DNA from: Candidatus Peribacter riflensis
GTDB lineage: Bacteria; Patescibacteriota; Gracilibacteria; Peribacterales; Peribacteraceae
Direction: 5' to 3'
NCBI GenBank assembly: GCA_001430755.1
Contig: CP013062.1
Location: forward strand, 870,001-902,000
Length of the DNA: 32,000 bases
The first letter of the stretch is position 1, and each line of letters begins with the position of its first letter. Below the pieces are notes generated by a model. It was not told where the DNA came from and did not search any database. It saw only the letters and a list, made by a program, of their open reading frames with translations. Of the stretch, positions 9,451 through 17,359 are shown piece after piece. The position numbers were made by a program, and so were the translations under genes.

Positions 9451-9975
9451 TCACTTCACACGCTCGTACACCAAGAAAGTAAACGCATGAGCATGCCGAT
9501 CATCCGCCGGATGCTCCTCGCATCTCACCGGCCGCCACTTCTCTGGCGGAAGATCTGGGAAAAATGTATCTCCTTCAAGAGAGACGTCGACCCTCGTCAG
9601 GTAAATCTTATCGGCGGTTGTATTCAGGAGTACTTCTAACTCACTCGGCAATTCGAAATACTGCTTATAGATTTGCCCACCTCCAATGATGAACACTTCC
9701 TCGTCTGATCCAATGAATTGCATGAGGGCCTCTGACAGCGAGTGAACAACAATACATCCGTCTGCCAAATAATTCGGCTGTCCTGTGATGACAAAGTTGA
9801 TTCTATCCGGGAGCGGCTTCCCGATCGATTCGTAGGTTTTTCGTCCCATGATAACCGGGTGTCCCTTCGTTATTTCCTTGAAACGCTTAAAATCATCGGG
9901 GAGATGCCACGGAAGTTGCCCCGCACTGCCAATCACGTTGTTCTTCGAAACGGCAACGATGAGAGAAATAGTCAC
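9451..9975 (-). CDS. folA: dihydrofolate reductase
   Basis: ISLIVAVSKNNVIGSAGQLPWHLPDDFKRFKEITKGHPVIMGRKTYESIG and FIIGGGQIY are classic DHFR motifs. GTG start at 9975 is preceded by TAAGCT plus 6 nt. Confidence 0.9.
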   Translation of the reverse strand: MTISLIVAVSKNNVIGSAGQLPWHLPDDFKRFKEITKGHPVIMGRKTYESIGKPLPDRINFVITGQPNYLADGCIVVHSLSEALMQFIGSDEEVFIIGGGQIYKQYFELPSELEVLLNTTADKIYLTRVDVSLEGDTFFPDLPPEKWRPVRCEEHPADDRHAHAFTFLVYERVK

Positions 9976-10035
9976 AATGACAGCTTACAGCTCAGAACCT
10001 ACCAACCCAATCCCCAATATACCAATCCCTCATCC

Positions 10036-10854
10036 CTACACCGCAATGGGTGCCTTGATGGCCGGATGCGGATCGTAATGCAAAATCTGGAAGTCGCCGA
10101 AGGTGAAACCGAAGATCGAACGGACTTCCGGATTGAGTTGAAGCTGCGGCAGCGGCCTTGGTTCGCGCGTAAGCTGCTCACGCGCCTGCTCAAGATGATT
10201 GGAATAGAGATGCAGATCGCCGAACGTGTGGACGAAATCCCCCACCTCAAGACCCGTCACCTGCGCGACCATGTGCGTGAGAAACGCGTAGGAAGCGATA
10301 TTGAAGGGCACACCGAGAAAGAGATCCGCACTGCGCTGGTAGAGCTGGCAACTCAACTTCCCGTTCACCACGTAGAATTGAAAAAGGCAGTGGCACGGGG
10401 CCAGCGCCATCTTACCGCACTTCACATTCTCCTGCGGTTTGACGAGCCCATCGGGGATGAGCGGCGGATTCCAGGCAGAAACGATCAGCCGGCGCGAATC
10501 GGGATTGCGACGAATCTCATCCACGACCCACTGGATCTGATCTGTCCCGTTGAAATCGCGCCACTGCTTGCCGTAGAGCGGACCCAAATCCCCTTCGGGG
10601 GTGGCCCACTCGTCCCAGATGGAAACACCATTATCCTTCAGATACTGGATGTTCGTCTCACCGCGCAAAAACCACAGAAGTTCATGGAGAATGGACCGCG
10701 TGTGGAGCTTCTTCGTGGTGAGCAGCGGGAACCCTGCCTTGAGATCAAACCGCATCTGCGCGCCGAACACCGAGATGGTCCCCGTGCCGGTACGATCAGA
10801 CTTCTTCGTGCCATTCTCGAGGACATGCTGGAGGAGATCCAAGTACTGCTGCAT
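10036..10854 (-). CDS. thyA: thymidylate synthase (ThyA type)
   Basis: [64 protein letters not shown] and [15 protein letters not shown]. Confidence 0.95.
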   Translation of the reverse strand: MQQYLDLLQHVLENGTKKSDRTGTGTISVFGAQMRFDLKAGFPLLTTKKLHTRSILHELLWFLRGETNIQYLKDNGVSIWDEWATPEGDLGPLYGKQWRDFNGTDQIQWVVDEIRRNPDSRRLIVSAWNPPLIPDGLVKPQENVKCGKMALAPCHCLFQFYVVNGKLSCQLYQRSADLFLGVPFNIASYAFLTHMVAQVTGLEVGDFVHTFGDLHLYSNHLEQAREQLTREPRPLPQLQLNPEVRSIFGFTFGDFQILHYDPHPAIKAPIAV

Positions 10855-10886
10855 GGGAAGCTATCCTACAAGTGAACAGCTACAAG

Positions 10887-11636
10887 CTACAAGCTGCGTC
10901 CGGCATACCTCCACGCCATCTCAAAAACCTGTTTCTGCGTCTCGGCCACTTCGACACTCTCGATGATCACCCCGAAGACGTGATCGGCTGAGCCAAAAGA
11001 GCAGATTGCCACCTTGGAATCGTAGATATTGATCTCATTGGTGAAGTCGAAATCTTTGGAGGGAACGAGCCGGATCTCACGCAGGCGCTTGCGATCCTCG
11101 CCATGCACCTTGCGACCGATCTCATCATCGGGAGCGATGCCCCTGAGGCGGATCCTGCGCCGCACGCGTTCGGCCACGTACTCCCCGTCATAATCGGGCC
11201 AGAAGCGGCGCACGACCGCGGAGTTGGCGAAGTTGAGGAGCTCGCTCTTGGCCGTGAGAGTATCTTCGTACACGCGCCGGACCCCCTCCCACCCCTCGAA
11301 GAACCGGATGACGGGGCGTCGCCGGTCCTGGCCCTGGAGCGACCGCAGTTCGGGCAGAACACGGTGGAGCGCATCGGCATTCTTGCGCGCCTCGATGGCC
11401 AGATGCTCCGGCGGCACTGTCAGGTACCACTTCACCCGCCCCTTACGCACGATGGTGAAAAAACCCCTGCGTGCCAACCCCTCGAGTGTGTTGTATGCCG
11501 TGATGCGATTGAGTTTCGTGGCTTTGGCATACGATGAAGCAGGAGCCGAACCGAGCGACAATCCCGCGAGGTAGAGCGCAGATTCCTTCTCGTCTAAGCC
11601 CGTGGACCGGAGGATGTGCAGCAGGTCTGCGGCCAT
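10887..11636 (-). CDS. TrmB-family transcriptional regulator
   Basis: N-terminal winged-HTH pattern LGLDEKESALYLAGLSLGSAPASSYAKATKLNRITAYNTLEGLARRGF is typical of the TrmB family. The C-terminal domain is of TrmB-like length. Confidence 0.8.
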   Translation of the reverse strand: MAADLLHILRSTGLDEKESALYLAGLSLGSAPASSYAKATKLNRITAYNTLEGLARRGFFTIVRKGRVKWYLTVPPEHLAIEARKNADALHRVLPELRSLQGQDRRRPVIRFFEGWEGVRRVYEDTLTAKSELLNFANSAVVRRFWPDYDGEYVAERVRRRIRLRGIAPDDEIGRKVHGEDRKRLREIRLVPSKDFDFTNEINIYDSKVAICSFGSADHVFGVIIESVEVAETQKQVFEMAWRYAGRSL

Positions 11637-11658
11637 GCGCAGAGGATATTGATGTTGT

Positions 11659-11922
11659 ACAAAAAAACAACAAACAACTCACCAAAACAAAAACACAAAC
11701 AGAAAATAACAAACAGTCTACGTTGGAGGTTCCGCGCGCCACCGGGGGTGAAGGGGAAGGCCCTGTCACGCATAGAGCGGGACACGCCGACGAATCGGCT
11801 CCGAAGCCTTGGAGGAGCCGAAAGGAGGCACAGGGCCGGGCGGAGTGGGGATTGGCGCGGGGTGCGCTCTCTTTGCTTCTTTCTCTGGCGGGCAGACAGA
11901 GAAAGAAGGGAGCTCACTTCGC
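11659..11922 (+). repeat. copy A of a two-copy intergenic element (candidate structured ncRNA or miniature repeat)
   Basis: A/C-rich tract at 11659-11716. Blocks identical to copy B: 11744-11765, 11786-11793, 11801-11815 and 11823-11859. Perfect 12-bp hairpin at 11876-11887/11897-11908. Shared 10-mer CTCACTTCGC at 11913-11922, overlapping the nth stop codon. The strand given is the orientation of similarity, not proven transcription. Confidence 0.85.
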
Positions 11923-12627
11923 CCAATCCCTCTTCCCTGAAACAAGCGACGACGGGCACTCCCGCTTGAACACACACTGCTCACACTTTCTCCTCTGCCC
12001 CGTACAGACCGCCCGCCCGTGGCTGATGAAGAGCGCGTTGATCCTCCCCCACTCCTTGCGCGGGAACAATTTCATCAGGTCCCGCTCCACGCGCTCCGGC
12101 GTTCTGCCCTTTGAGAGCCCCAGCCGCCGCGCTACGCGAAACACGTGCGTATCCACCGCAATGCCCTCGTTCTTGCCAAAGGCTGCGTAGAGCACAATGC
12201 AGGCGGTCTTACGGCCGACGCCCGAAAGCGATGTCAGTGCTTCCATGGTGTGCGGAACTTTTCCACCATGCTCCATTTTAAGTTTTTTACAGAGCAGATG
12301 AATGTACTTCGCCTTGCTCCGGAAGGTCCCGCAGGAATGAATGAGCCGCTCAAGTTCATTGCGCGGGAGATGCAGATAATCATCGGCAGTCCGGCACCGC
12401 GCAAAAAGTGCGGGCGTGATGCGATTCACCTGCACATCGGTGCAGCGCGCGGAGAGGATTGTTGCAATGAGGAGATCAAGAGGGGTGCGCCACTGAAGAA
12501 AGGATTTCGGCGGACGGTAGAGCCGTTTGAGGGCGCGGAGAATATCGTTTGCGGAGGAGGAGGGAGACACGGCTCCAGTATGAAACACTTGTCTTTCGGG
12601 AGGAAGGAAAGCGTCAAGTGAACTCAT
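11914..12627 (-). CDS. nth: endonuclease III (HhH-GPD DNA glycosylase/AP lyase with 4Fe-4S cluster)
   Basis: LLIATILSARCTD, LTSLSGVGRKTACIVL, AVDTHVFRVARRLGL and the Fe-S loop CTGQRRKCEQCVFKRECP. Confidence 0.9.
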   Translation of the reverse strand: MSSLDAFLPPERQVFHTGAVSPSSSANDILRALKRLYRPPKSFLQWRTPLDLLIATILSARCTDVQVNRITPALFARCRTADDYLHLPRNELERLIHSCGTFRSKAKYIHLLCKKLKMEHGGKVPHTMEALTSLSGVGRKTACIVLYAAFGKNEGIAVDTHVFRVARRLGLSKGRTPERVERDLMKLFPRKEWGRINALFISHGRAVCTGQRRKCEQCVFKRECPSSLVSGKRDWAK

Positions 12628-12651
12628 CTGGCAGAGTCAGAAGACAGCGTC

Positions 12652-12666
12652 TATAGTCACGTCCCC
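12652..12666 (+). promoter_or_regulatory. -10-like TATAGT placed 9 nt upstream of the dnaQ-like ATG (putative leaderless promoter)
   Basis: TATAGT at 12652-12657, then CACGTCCCC, then ATG at 12667. There is no GGAGG. The same TATAGT architecture occurs at 31145 and 23774-23779 (minus strand). Confidence 0.45.
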
Positions 12667-13242
12667 ATGCTTCCTGCATTCACGGTTTTTGACGTGGAAA
12701 CCACCGGCTTGGACCCGCGTCAGGGCCATCGTATTCTCGAAATTGCCGGCGTGCGCGTGGAAGAGGGAAAGATCAGAGAAGAGCTGGCGTTTTCGCAACT
12801 GGTGAACCCCGAACGTCCCATCCCCTGGGAGGCGAAGAAGATCCACCGGATCAGTGATGAGGAAGTGGCGGCTGCCCCCACCATCGATGCGATACTTCCG
12901 CAGTTTTTACGCTTCGCGGAGGGATCACTGCTCGTGGCGCACAATGCGGAATTCGACATGGGATTTTTGAGACAGGAGAAGGAATGCTGCTGGGGATATG
13001 TGGATCTGCCGGAATGCCTCTGCACCATGCGCTTAAGCCAATCGCTCTTTCCGCACGAATTCAGACACAATCTGGATGTCGTCTCGCTGCGTCTCGGCAT
13101 CCCATCCCCCGCACAGCGCCACCGCGCGCTCCCGGACGTGCTGGTCACGGCGCAGGCACTCTTGAAAATGATCGAAACAGGAAAAATCCAGAGCATTGAG
13201 GAATTGCGTAAAAGAGCCGGCATCCGCCAATTGGTGACATAA
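12667..13242 (+). CDS. DnaQ-like 3'-5' exonuclease (DNA polymerase III epsilon family)
   Basis: Exo motifs FTVFDVETTGLDP, LVAHNAEFDMGFL and HRALPDVLVTAQALL. Confidence 0.85.
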   Translation: MLPAFTVFDVETTGLDPRQGHRILEIAGVRVEEGKIREELAFSQLVNPERPIPWEAKKIHRISDEEVAAAPTIDAILPQFLRFAEGSLLVAHNAEFDMGFLRQEKECCWGYVDLPECLCTMRLSQSLFPHEFRHNLDVVSLRLGIPSPAQRHRALPDVLVTAQALLKMIETGKIQSIEELRKRAGIRQLVT

Positions 13243-13272
13243 TTCACAACCTTGCAAAGGAAATACGCTATA

Positions 13273-13302
13273 CTGCTCCTGCGGGACAAGCAGCAGTTTT
13301 TT
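13273..13302 (+). terminator. weak hairpin followed by T6 after the dnaQ-like gene (possible intrinsic terminator)
   Basis: CTGCT (13273-13277) pairs with AGCAG (13292-13296), with two more inner pairs, followed by TTTTTT (13297-13302). The stem is short and imperfect. Confidence 0.35.
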
Positions 13303-13789
13303 GAGTCCCCTACGCCCTACTCCTAACCCTCACCCTATCGTGTCCGTTCTCCCCATCGAAAAAGGCGCCGATAACCCGATCCTCCGCAAGAAGGGAGCGA
13401 AGGTGCAGAAGGTGACCAAGACCCTCCAGAAGCTCATCAAGGACATGCACGATACGGTGAAGGCGGCGGATGGAGCAGGCCTGGCGGCCCCCCAGATCGG
13501 ACGGTCGCTGCAGCTGTGCCTCGCACTCATCGACGGACGGATGACAGTGCTCGTCAATCCGAAAATCACCAGCAAGAGCGATGAAATGGAAACGGAAGAA
13601 GAGGGATGCCTGAGCCTGCCGGGCCTGACGGTTGCGGTGACGCGCCCGGTGAGTATCACCGTTCAATACATGGATGTTGCGGGCAAGACGCAGGAACGGC
13701 GACTGGAGAGGTTCGATGCGCGTGCCGTGCAGCACGAGGTGGATCACCTGAATGGCGTACTGCTGGTCGATTATCCTCAAAAGAAGTGA
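13301..13789 (+). CDS. def: peptide deformylase
   Basis: Motifs GLAAPQIG, EGCLSLPG and QHEVDHLNG. The start is uncertain. The TTG at 13301 lies in the T-run of the putative upstream terminator. The GTG at 13340 (VSVLPIEKG...) gives a more typical N-terminus. Confidence 0.9.
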   Translation: MSPLRPTPNPHPIVSVLPIEKGADNPILRKKGAKVQKVTKTLQKLIKDMHDTVKAADGAGLAAPQIGRSLQLCLALIDGRMTVLVNPKITSKSDEMETEEEGCLSLPGLTVAVTRPVSITVQYMDVAGKTQERRLERFDARAVQHEVDHLNGVLLVDYPQKK

Positions 13790-13859
13790 TTGTGCCCCAA
13801 GTGCGTCAAACCGTCTGAAGCGATTGCGGAAAGAATCACGCACCCGCTACTCTGCTCAC

Positions 13860-15305
13860 ATGCCGGAATTGGAAGCAGTGATTGGCTTGGAGGTCCACGC
13901 GCAGATGAGCACGAAGACGAAGATGTTCTGCGGATGCGACAACGATGCCTTCGGCAAGGCGCCGAACACGACCGTCTGCCCCATCTGCATGGGCTTTCCG
14001 GGCACCCTGCCCGTGCCGAATAAGGAGGCGATCGCGAAGGCGGTGCGCATGGCGCTGGCCCTCCGGTGCACCGTGGCTGCAGATTGCCACTTCGACCGCA
14101 AGCACTACTTCTACCCCGATCTTCCGGCGGGGTTCCAGATCTCGCAGTACGACTTTCCGCTCGCCAAGGGCGGCAGCGTGGAATATGACCTCACCGATGA
14201 CGGCGGCAATGCCATCGGCGAACGATCGTGCCGCATCACGCGCCTGCACATGGAGAATGACGCGGGCAAATTGAGTCATTACGGCTCGAATACTCTCTGT
14301 GACTATAACCGGGCAGGCACACCCCTCATGGAGATCGTCACGGAACCGGATCTCACGTCTGCGGAAGAAGCCGTAGCCTTTGCCCAGGAGCTGCGCCGCA
14401 TATTGATTTCCGTGGGAGCGAGTGATGCCGATATGTTCAAGGGCATGATGCGGTTCGACGCGTCCATCTCGCTCAAAGAAAAGGGAACCGCAAAACTCAA
14501 TCCCCGCAGCGAAATCAAGAACCTCAATTCCTTCAAGGCACTCGAAAAAGCCCTGCAGTATGAGGAGAAACGCCTGCGCGACCTGTGGGAGAAAGACCAA
14601 GGTCCCCTCCCGCACGACATCACCGTGGGCTGGATGGATGAAGGGGAGAAGACCCAGGTCCTCCGTGACAAGGAAACTGCCGGCGACTACCGCTACTTCC
14701 CCGAACCCGATCTGCCGCCGCTTTCGTTCGAGGCTGCGGAATCAGAGAAAATACAGTCCGCCCTCCCCCCGCTACCACGCACAGAGAAGAAGAAGCTCTC
14801 GGATCTCGGGCTCACCAATGCCGAAGCCGAGCATCTGAATGCCGATCCCGATTTGAAGAAACTGTACGAAGTTGTGCTGGAGCGGTTGAAAGATCCCAAG
14901 CGAACGTCAGGAATCGTGATCACACAGCTCACGGGGTTTTTGAAAGCCGCGGGCAAGACGGTGCGGCAGGGTCCAGGCGCGCAGGCCATGCTCGACCTTG
15001 TGGACGCCATTGAGAGCGGGAAAATATCCGGCAGCAAGGGGAAAGAAGTGCTCCAGAAGATGGTGGAAACCGGCAAGCCCGCGTCCGAGATCATCGCGGA
15101 TGAGGGGATTTCGCAGATCACGGATGAGGGTGCCCTAGCTTCACTCGTGGAGAAGGCGATCGCCGCAAACCCCAAGGCCGTCGAATCGTTCAAAAATGGA
15201 AAAACCCAGGCCCTCGGCGCGATCGTGGGATGGGTCATGAAGGAGACACGCGGACAAGCCAGCCCGGAGAAGGTGAATGAGATCCTGCTGAAGAAGATCG
15301 CATGA
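13860..15305 (+). CDS. gatB: Asp-tRNA(Asn)/Glu-tRNA(Gln) amidotransferase subunit B
   Basis: MPELEAVIGLEVHAQMSTKTKMFCGCDN...CPICMGFPGTLP, HFDRKHYFYPDLPAGFQISQ, NRAGTPLMEIVTEPD and the C-terminal GatB/YqeY-like tail. ATG at 13860 is preceded by TACTCT plus 6 nt. The track ORF start at 13752 overlaps def and is unlikely. Confidence 0.95.
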   Translation: MPELEAVIGLEVHAQMSTKTKMFCGCDNDAFGKAPNTTVCPICMGFPGTLPVPNKEAIAKAVRMALALRCTVAADCHFDRKHYFYPDLPAGFQISQYDFPLAKGGSVEYDLTDDGGNAIGERSCRITRLHMENDAGKLSHYGSNTLCDYNRAGTPLMEIVTEPDLTSAEEAVAFAQELRRILISVGASDADMFKGMMRFDASISLKEKGTAKLNPRSEIKNLNSFKALEKALQYEEKRLRDLWEKDQGPLPHDITVGWMDEGEKTQVLRDKETAGDYRYFPEPDLPPLSFEAAESEKIQSALPPLPRTEKKKLSDLGLTNAEAEHLNADPDLKKLYEVVLERLKDPKRTSGIVITQLTGFLKAAGKTVRQGPGAQAMLDLVDAIESGKISGSKGKEVLQKMVETGKPASEIIADEGISQITDEGALASLVEKAIAANPKAVESFKNGKTQALGAIVGWVMKETRGQASPEKVNEILLKKIA

Positions 15306-15351
15306 GCTAAAAGAAACCAAAATCTTGCAATAAACACAATTTCTGGTACGG

Positions 15352-16518
15352 TTGCAAACCGTGGAGAACGACCCCTCTTCATTGACAGGCAAAATCGTGA
15401 GCGTTTTCGGCGCGGCGCGGAGGGATGCGACAACCCCTACCTGGGGGAGCAAATTTGCGGACCGGATCGAGCCGCGCGCACAGCGGGTGCTGCGGGTGGA
15501 TCCGAAACTGGGGACCCAGGGATACGATCCGAAACAAGCAATCAGAGAATCGGATACCGTCCTCTTTGCCGTCACTCCCGACGAGCAAATCAATGCGATC
15601 GCCGCCGAACACGGATGTGAATTTCACGAGGGTCAGGTCATCCTCGAATGTTCCACGACCAAGCTCCAGATTGCCGAGACGTTGCACAATCTCGACCGCA
15701 GAGGATTGAGCGTCTGTTCCATCCATCCCGGGGCGCGCGCGGACCTTCCTTCCCGCGGCCAGAACATGTTGATCATGGAAGTCGGAAGTCATGGAGCACA
15801 AGCCAAAGTGCAGGCGGAGGAAATGGCGGGAATCCTGCAAATGAATCCCATTGAGTTCGTCAGTTTCGAACGACATCCATTGGCGATGGCCATCACACAG
15901 GGAGTGGACCATGCAATCCAGCGTGCAAAAATCGGAGCACAAGTCAGGCTTCTTCAACTATTCGGCTTTACCCTGGAACAAGCGGAGGCAATGGCATTCG
16001 CGAACACACGTCTCGGAAATCTGGCAACGGCCAGGGTAGCCGTGCAGGATCCCGCTGTCTCTGCAAAAATTATTGCGGAGGCTCGGGCACTTCCTGAAAC
16101 GAGGCAAATGCTGGATACACTGATCGCAAAGCTGACGGAAATGAGAGATGCCGATCCAAAGGCACTCGCCCAAATGTTTGCGGATGACATCAACGCACTG
16201 GATCCCGACGGACTATGGCGAAAGAAGATGTTTCCACGCACAGGAAGAGTCCTCGAACAAATGGCAAACCTCGAGATCAAAGGCATGCAGATCCACTCCG
16301 TGCAGAATGAAATCGGCACACTGGAGGCGATCACGGCAGTCCTTCGCCGCAATGGCATCAATATCACCGCCATCACATCGCACAATCTGGAACCCGAAGA
16401 GGGCCGACCGGGAGTCATCTTTCAACTCGGCATTGATGAGAAGAGCATCTTCGATCTGCAATGCCTTTCGGACGATCTCGCTACAATCGGCGCAAAGATC
16501 GAACAGGTATCGAAGTGA
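15352..16518 (+). CDS. prephenate/arogenate dehydrogenase-like protein (TyrA family) with a C-terminal ACT domain
   Basis: ILECSTTKLQIAETL...SIHPGAR resembles the TyrA D-x-x-S-x-K...HPMAG core. The C-terminal MQIHSVQNEIGTLEAITAVLRRNGINITAITSH looks like an ACT domain. The N-terminal Gly-rich loop is atypical. An alternative start is the GTG at 15361 (TACGGT plus 8 nt upstream). Confidence 0.65.
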   Translation: MQTVENDPSSLTGKIVSVFGAARRDATTPTWGSKFADRIEPRAQRVLRVDPKLGTQGYDPKQAIRESDTVLFAVTPDEQINAIAAEHGCEFHEGQVILECSTTKLQIAETLHNLDRRGLSVCSIHPGARADLPSRGQNMLIMEVGSHGAQAKVQAEEMAGILQMNPIEFVSFERHPLAMAITQGVDHAIQRAKIGAQVRLLQLFGFTLEQAEAMAFANTRLGNLATARVAVQDPAVSAKIIAEARALPETRQMLDTLIAKLTEMRDADPKALAQMFADDINALDPDGLWRKKMFPRTGRVLEQMANLEIKGMQIHSVQNEIGTLEAITAVLRRNGINITAITSHNLEPEEGRPGVIFQLGIDEKSIFDLQCLSDDLATIGAKIEQVSK

Positions 16519-16530
16519 AATAACTCGCGA

Positions 16531-16563
16531 AGCGCTGGGTGGCTTAAGACGGGACCCAGCGCT
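16531..16563. other. 10-bp perfect stem-loop between the convergent TyrA-like gene and efp
   Basis: AGCGCTGGGT (16531-16540) pairs with ACCCAGCGCT (16554-16563) across a 13-nt loop. There is no T-tract on either side, so its role is unclear. Confidence 0.5.
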
Positions 16564-16593
16564 GGAGCGCAACCTTTAAGGGAAAAGAGAGTC

Positions 16594-16626
16594 CATGAGA
16601 GAAAAACCGTAGGTTTGTCTCTCATG
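16594..16626 (-). terminator. long stem-loop immediately after the efp stop (candidate intrinsic terminator)
   Basis: CATGAGAGA (16594-16602) pairs with TCTCTCATG (16618-16626), with an inner AAACC/GGTTT helix. Read on the minus strand it is followed by GACTCTCTTTTCCC. The efp stop is at 16629-16631. Confidence 0.6.
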
Positions 16627-16628
16627 AT

Positions 16629-17186
16629 TTACGCCTTCTTCATGTACTCCCCCGTTTCTGTATTCACCTTCACCTTGTCGCCCTCCTGCAGGAAGAGCGG
16701 CACATTGATGGTGAGCCCGCTCTCAAGCTTGGCGGGCTTGGTACCGCCGGTGGCGGTGTCGCCGCGCACGCCGGGCATCGTCTCCACAATTTTCAGATCC
16801 ACCGTTGAAGGCAGCTGAATGCCGATGGGATGCTCCTCGAACATCAGTGCGTCCACCTCGCCGCCCTCCACCAGGTACTGCACGTTATCGCCCAATACCT
16901 CCTTCGTCAGAAAGAACTGATCATAGTTCTGCGAATCCATGAACGTGTACTGTTCGCCGTCTGTGTAGAGGTACTGCACGCGCCGGTAACCCACATCCGC
17001 CGGTTCCACCTGCTCACTGCCCTGAAAGTTCTTCTGGATCACCGCACCGGTCTTGAGGTTCTTGAGCTTGCACTGCATGTTTGCCTTGCTCTGGCTCTTG
17101 CGGCCGAACTGCGAAGAAACAATGAGATACGGAATCCCATCGAGCTGAATGGCACGGCCGGGTTTGAGCTCTGTAATCACGTACAT
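16629..17186 (-). CDS. efp: elongation factor P
   Basis: Full-length EF-P pattern: LKPGRAIQLDGIPYLIV, YLYTDGEQYTFMDSQNYDQ, VETMPGVRGDTATGGTKPAKLESGLTINVPLF and VNTETGEYMKKA. The loop normally reading KPGKG reads GRKSQSK here. Confidence 0.95.
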   Translation of the reverse strand: MYVITELKPGRAIQLDGIPYLIVSSQFGRKSQSKANMQCKLKNLKTGAVIQKNFQGSEQVEPADVGYRRVQYLYTDGEQYTFMDSQNYDQFFLTKEVLGDNVQYLVEGGEVDALMFEEHPIGIQLPSTVDLKIVETMPGVRGDTATGGTKPAKLESGLTINVPLFLQEGDKVKVNTETGEYMKKA

Positions 17187-17228
17187 CGTGGAGGAACGTT
17201 AGCGGATGGCGATGCTGAAGGGCAAGAA

Positions 17229-17318
17229 CGGGAAGACGAAAATCGGGAACTGGGGAAATAGGGAATTCGGGAAATCGGGTGGCTACGAACAAGCCTAGTT
17301 CCCTATCCCCTCGTTCCC
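17229..17318. repeat. intergenic array of CGGGAAnT-type octamers forming a long imperfect inverted repeat (possible terminator of the upstream minus-strand operon)
   Basis: Plus strand reads CGGGAAGA..CGGGAACT GGGGAAAT AGGGAATT CGGGAAAT CGGGTGG (17229-17282). The left arm 17245-17265 pairs with 17299-17318 (GTTCCCTATCCCCTCGTTCCC), about 19 bp with a 2-nt bulge. It lies between the FecR-like gene stop (17360) and the efp start (17186). Confidence 0.7.
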
Positions 17319-17359
17319 TACCAAACACTCTCACACCCGCTCCTCACCCAACACACTCA

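Noticed and set aside
9742-10875. 377-aa plus-strand ORF spanning folA and thyA in antisense
   Set aside because: It covers two clearly conserved minus-strand genes and their intergenic gap. I recognise no motif in it.
11744-11765. GGGGGTGAAGGGG... as the 5' end of tmRNA or part of RNase P RNA
   Set aside because: No tRNA-like acceptor/T-arm partner, tag-peptide reading frame or RNase P conserved regions (e.g. the GGAAAGTCCGGGC-type core) follow. The sequence also occurs twice in 20 kb, which is not expected for those single-copy RNAs.
11534-12190. ORFs running through the repeated element (11534-12190 and 30589-31149) that share GGEGEGP...PKPWR...QGRAE.GLAR
   Set aside because: I considered a small conserved protein. 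However, the shared nucleotide block GCCGACGA is read in different frames in the two copies (HADE versus CRRD). There is no common start or stop. One ORF is simply read-through from the tagA-like gene's alternate frame, and the other runs antisense into nth. The conservation is at the nucleotide level.
15348-15362. Hairpin ACGGTT-GCA-AACCGT as the gatB terminator
   Set aside because: It has only 6 bp and no T-tract, and it overlaps the candidate start codons (TTG 15352 / GTG 15361) of the next gene. It is more likely incidental, or related to initiation.
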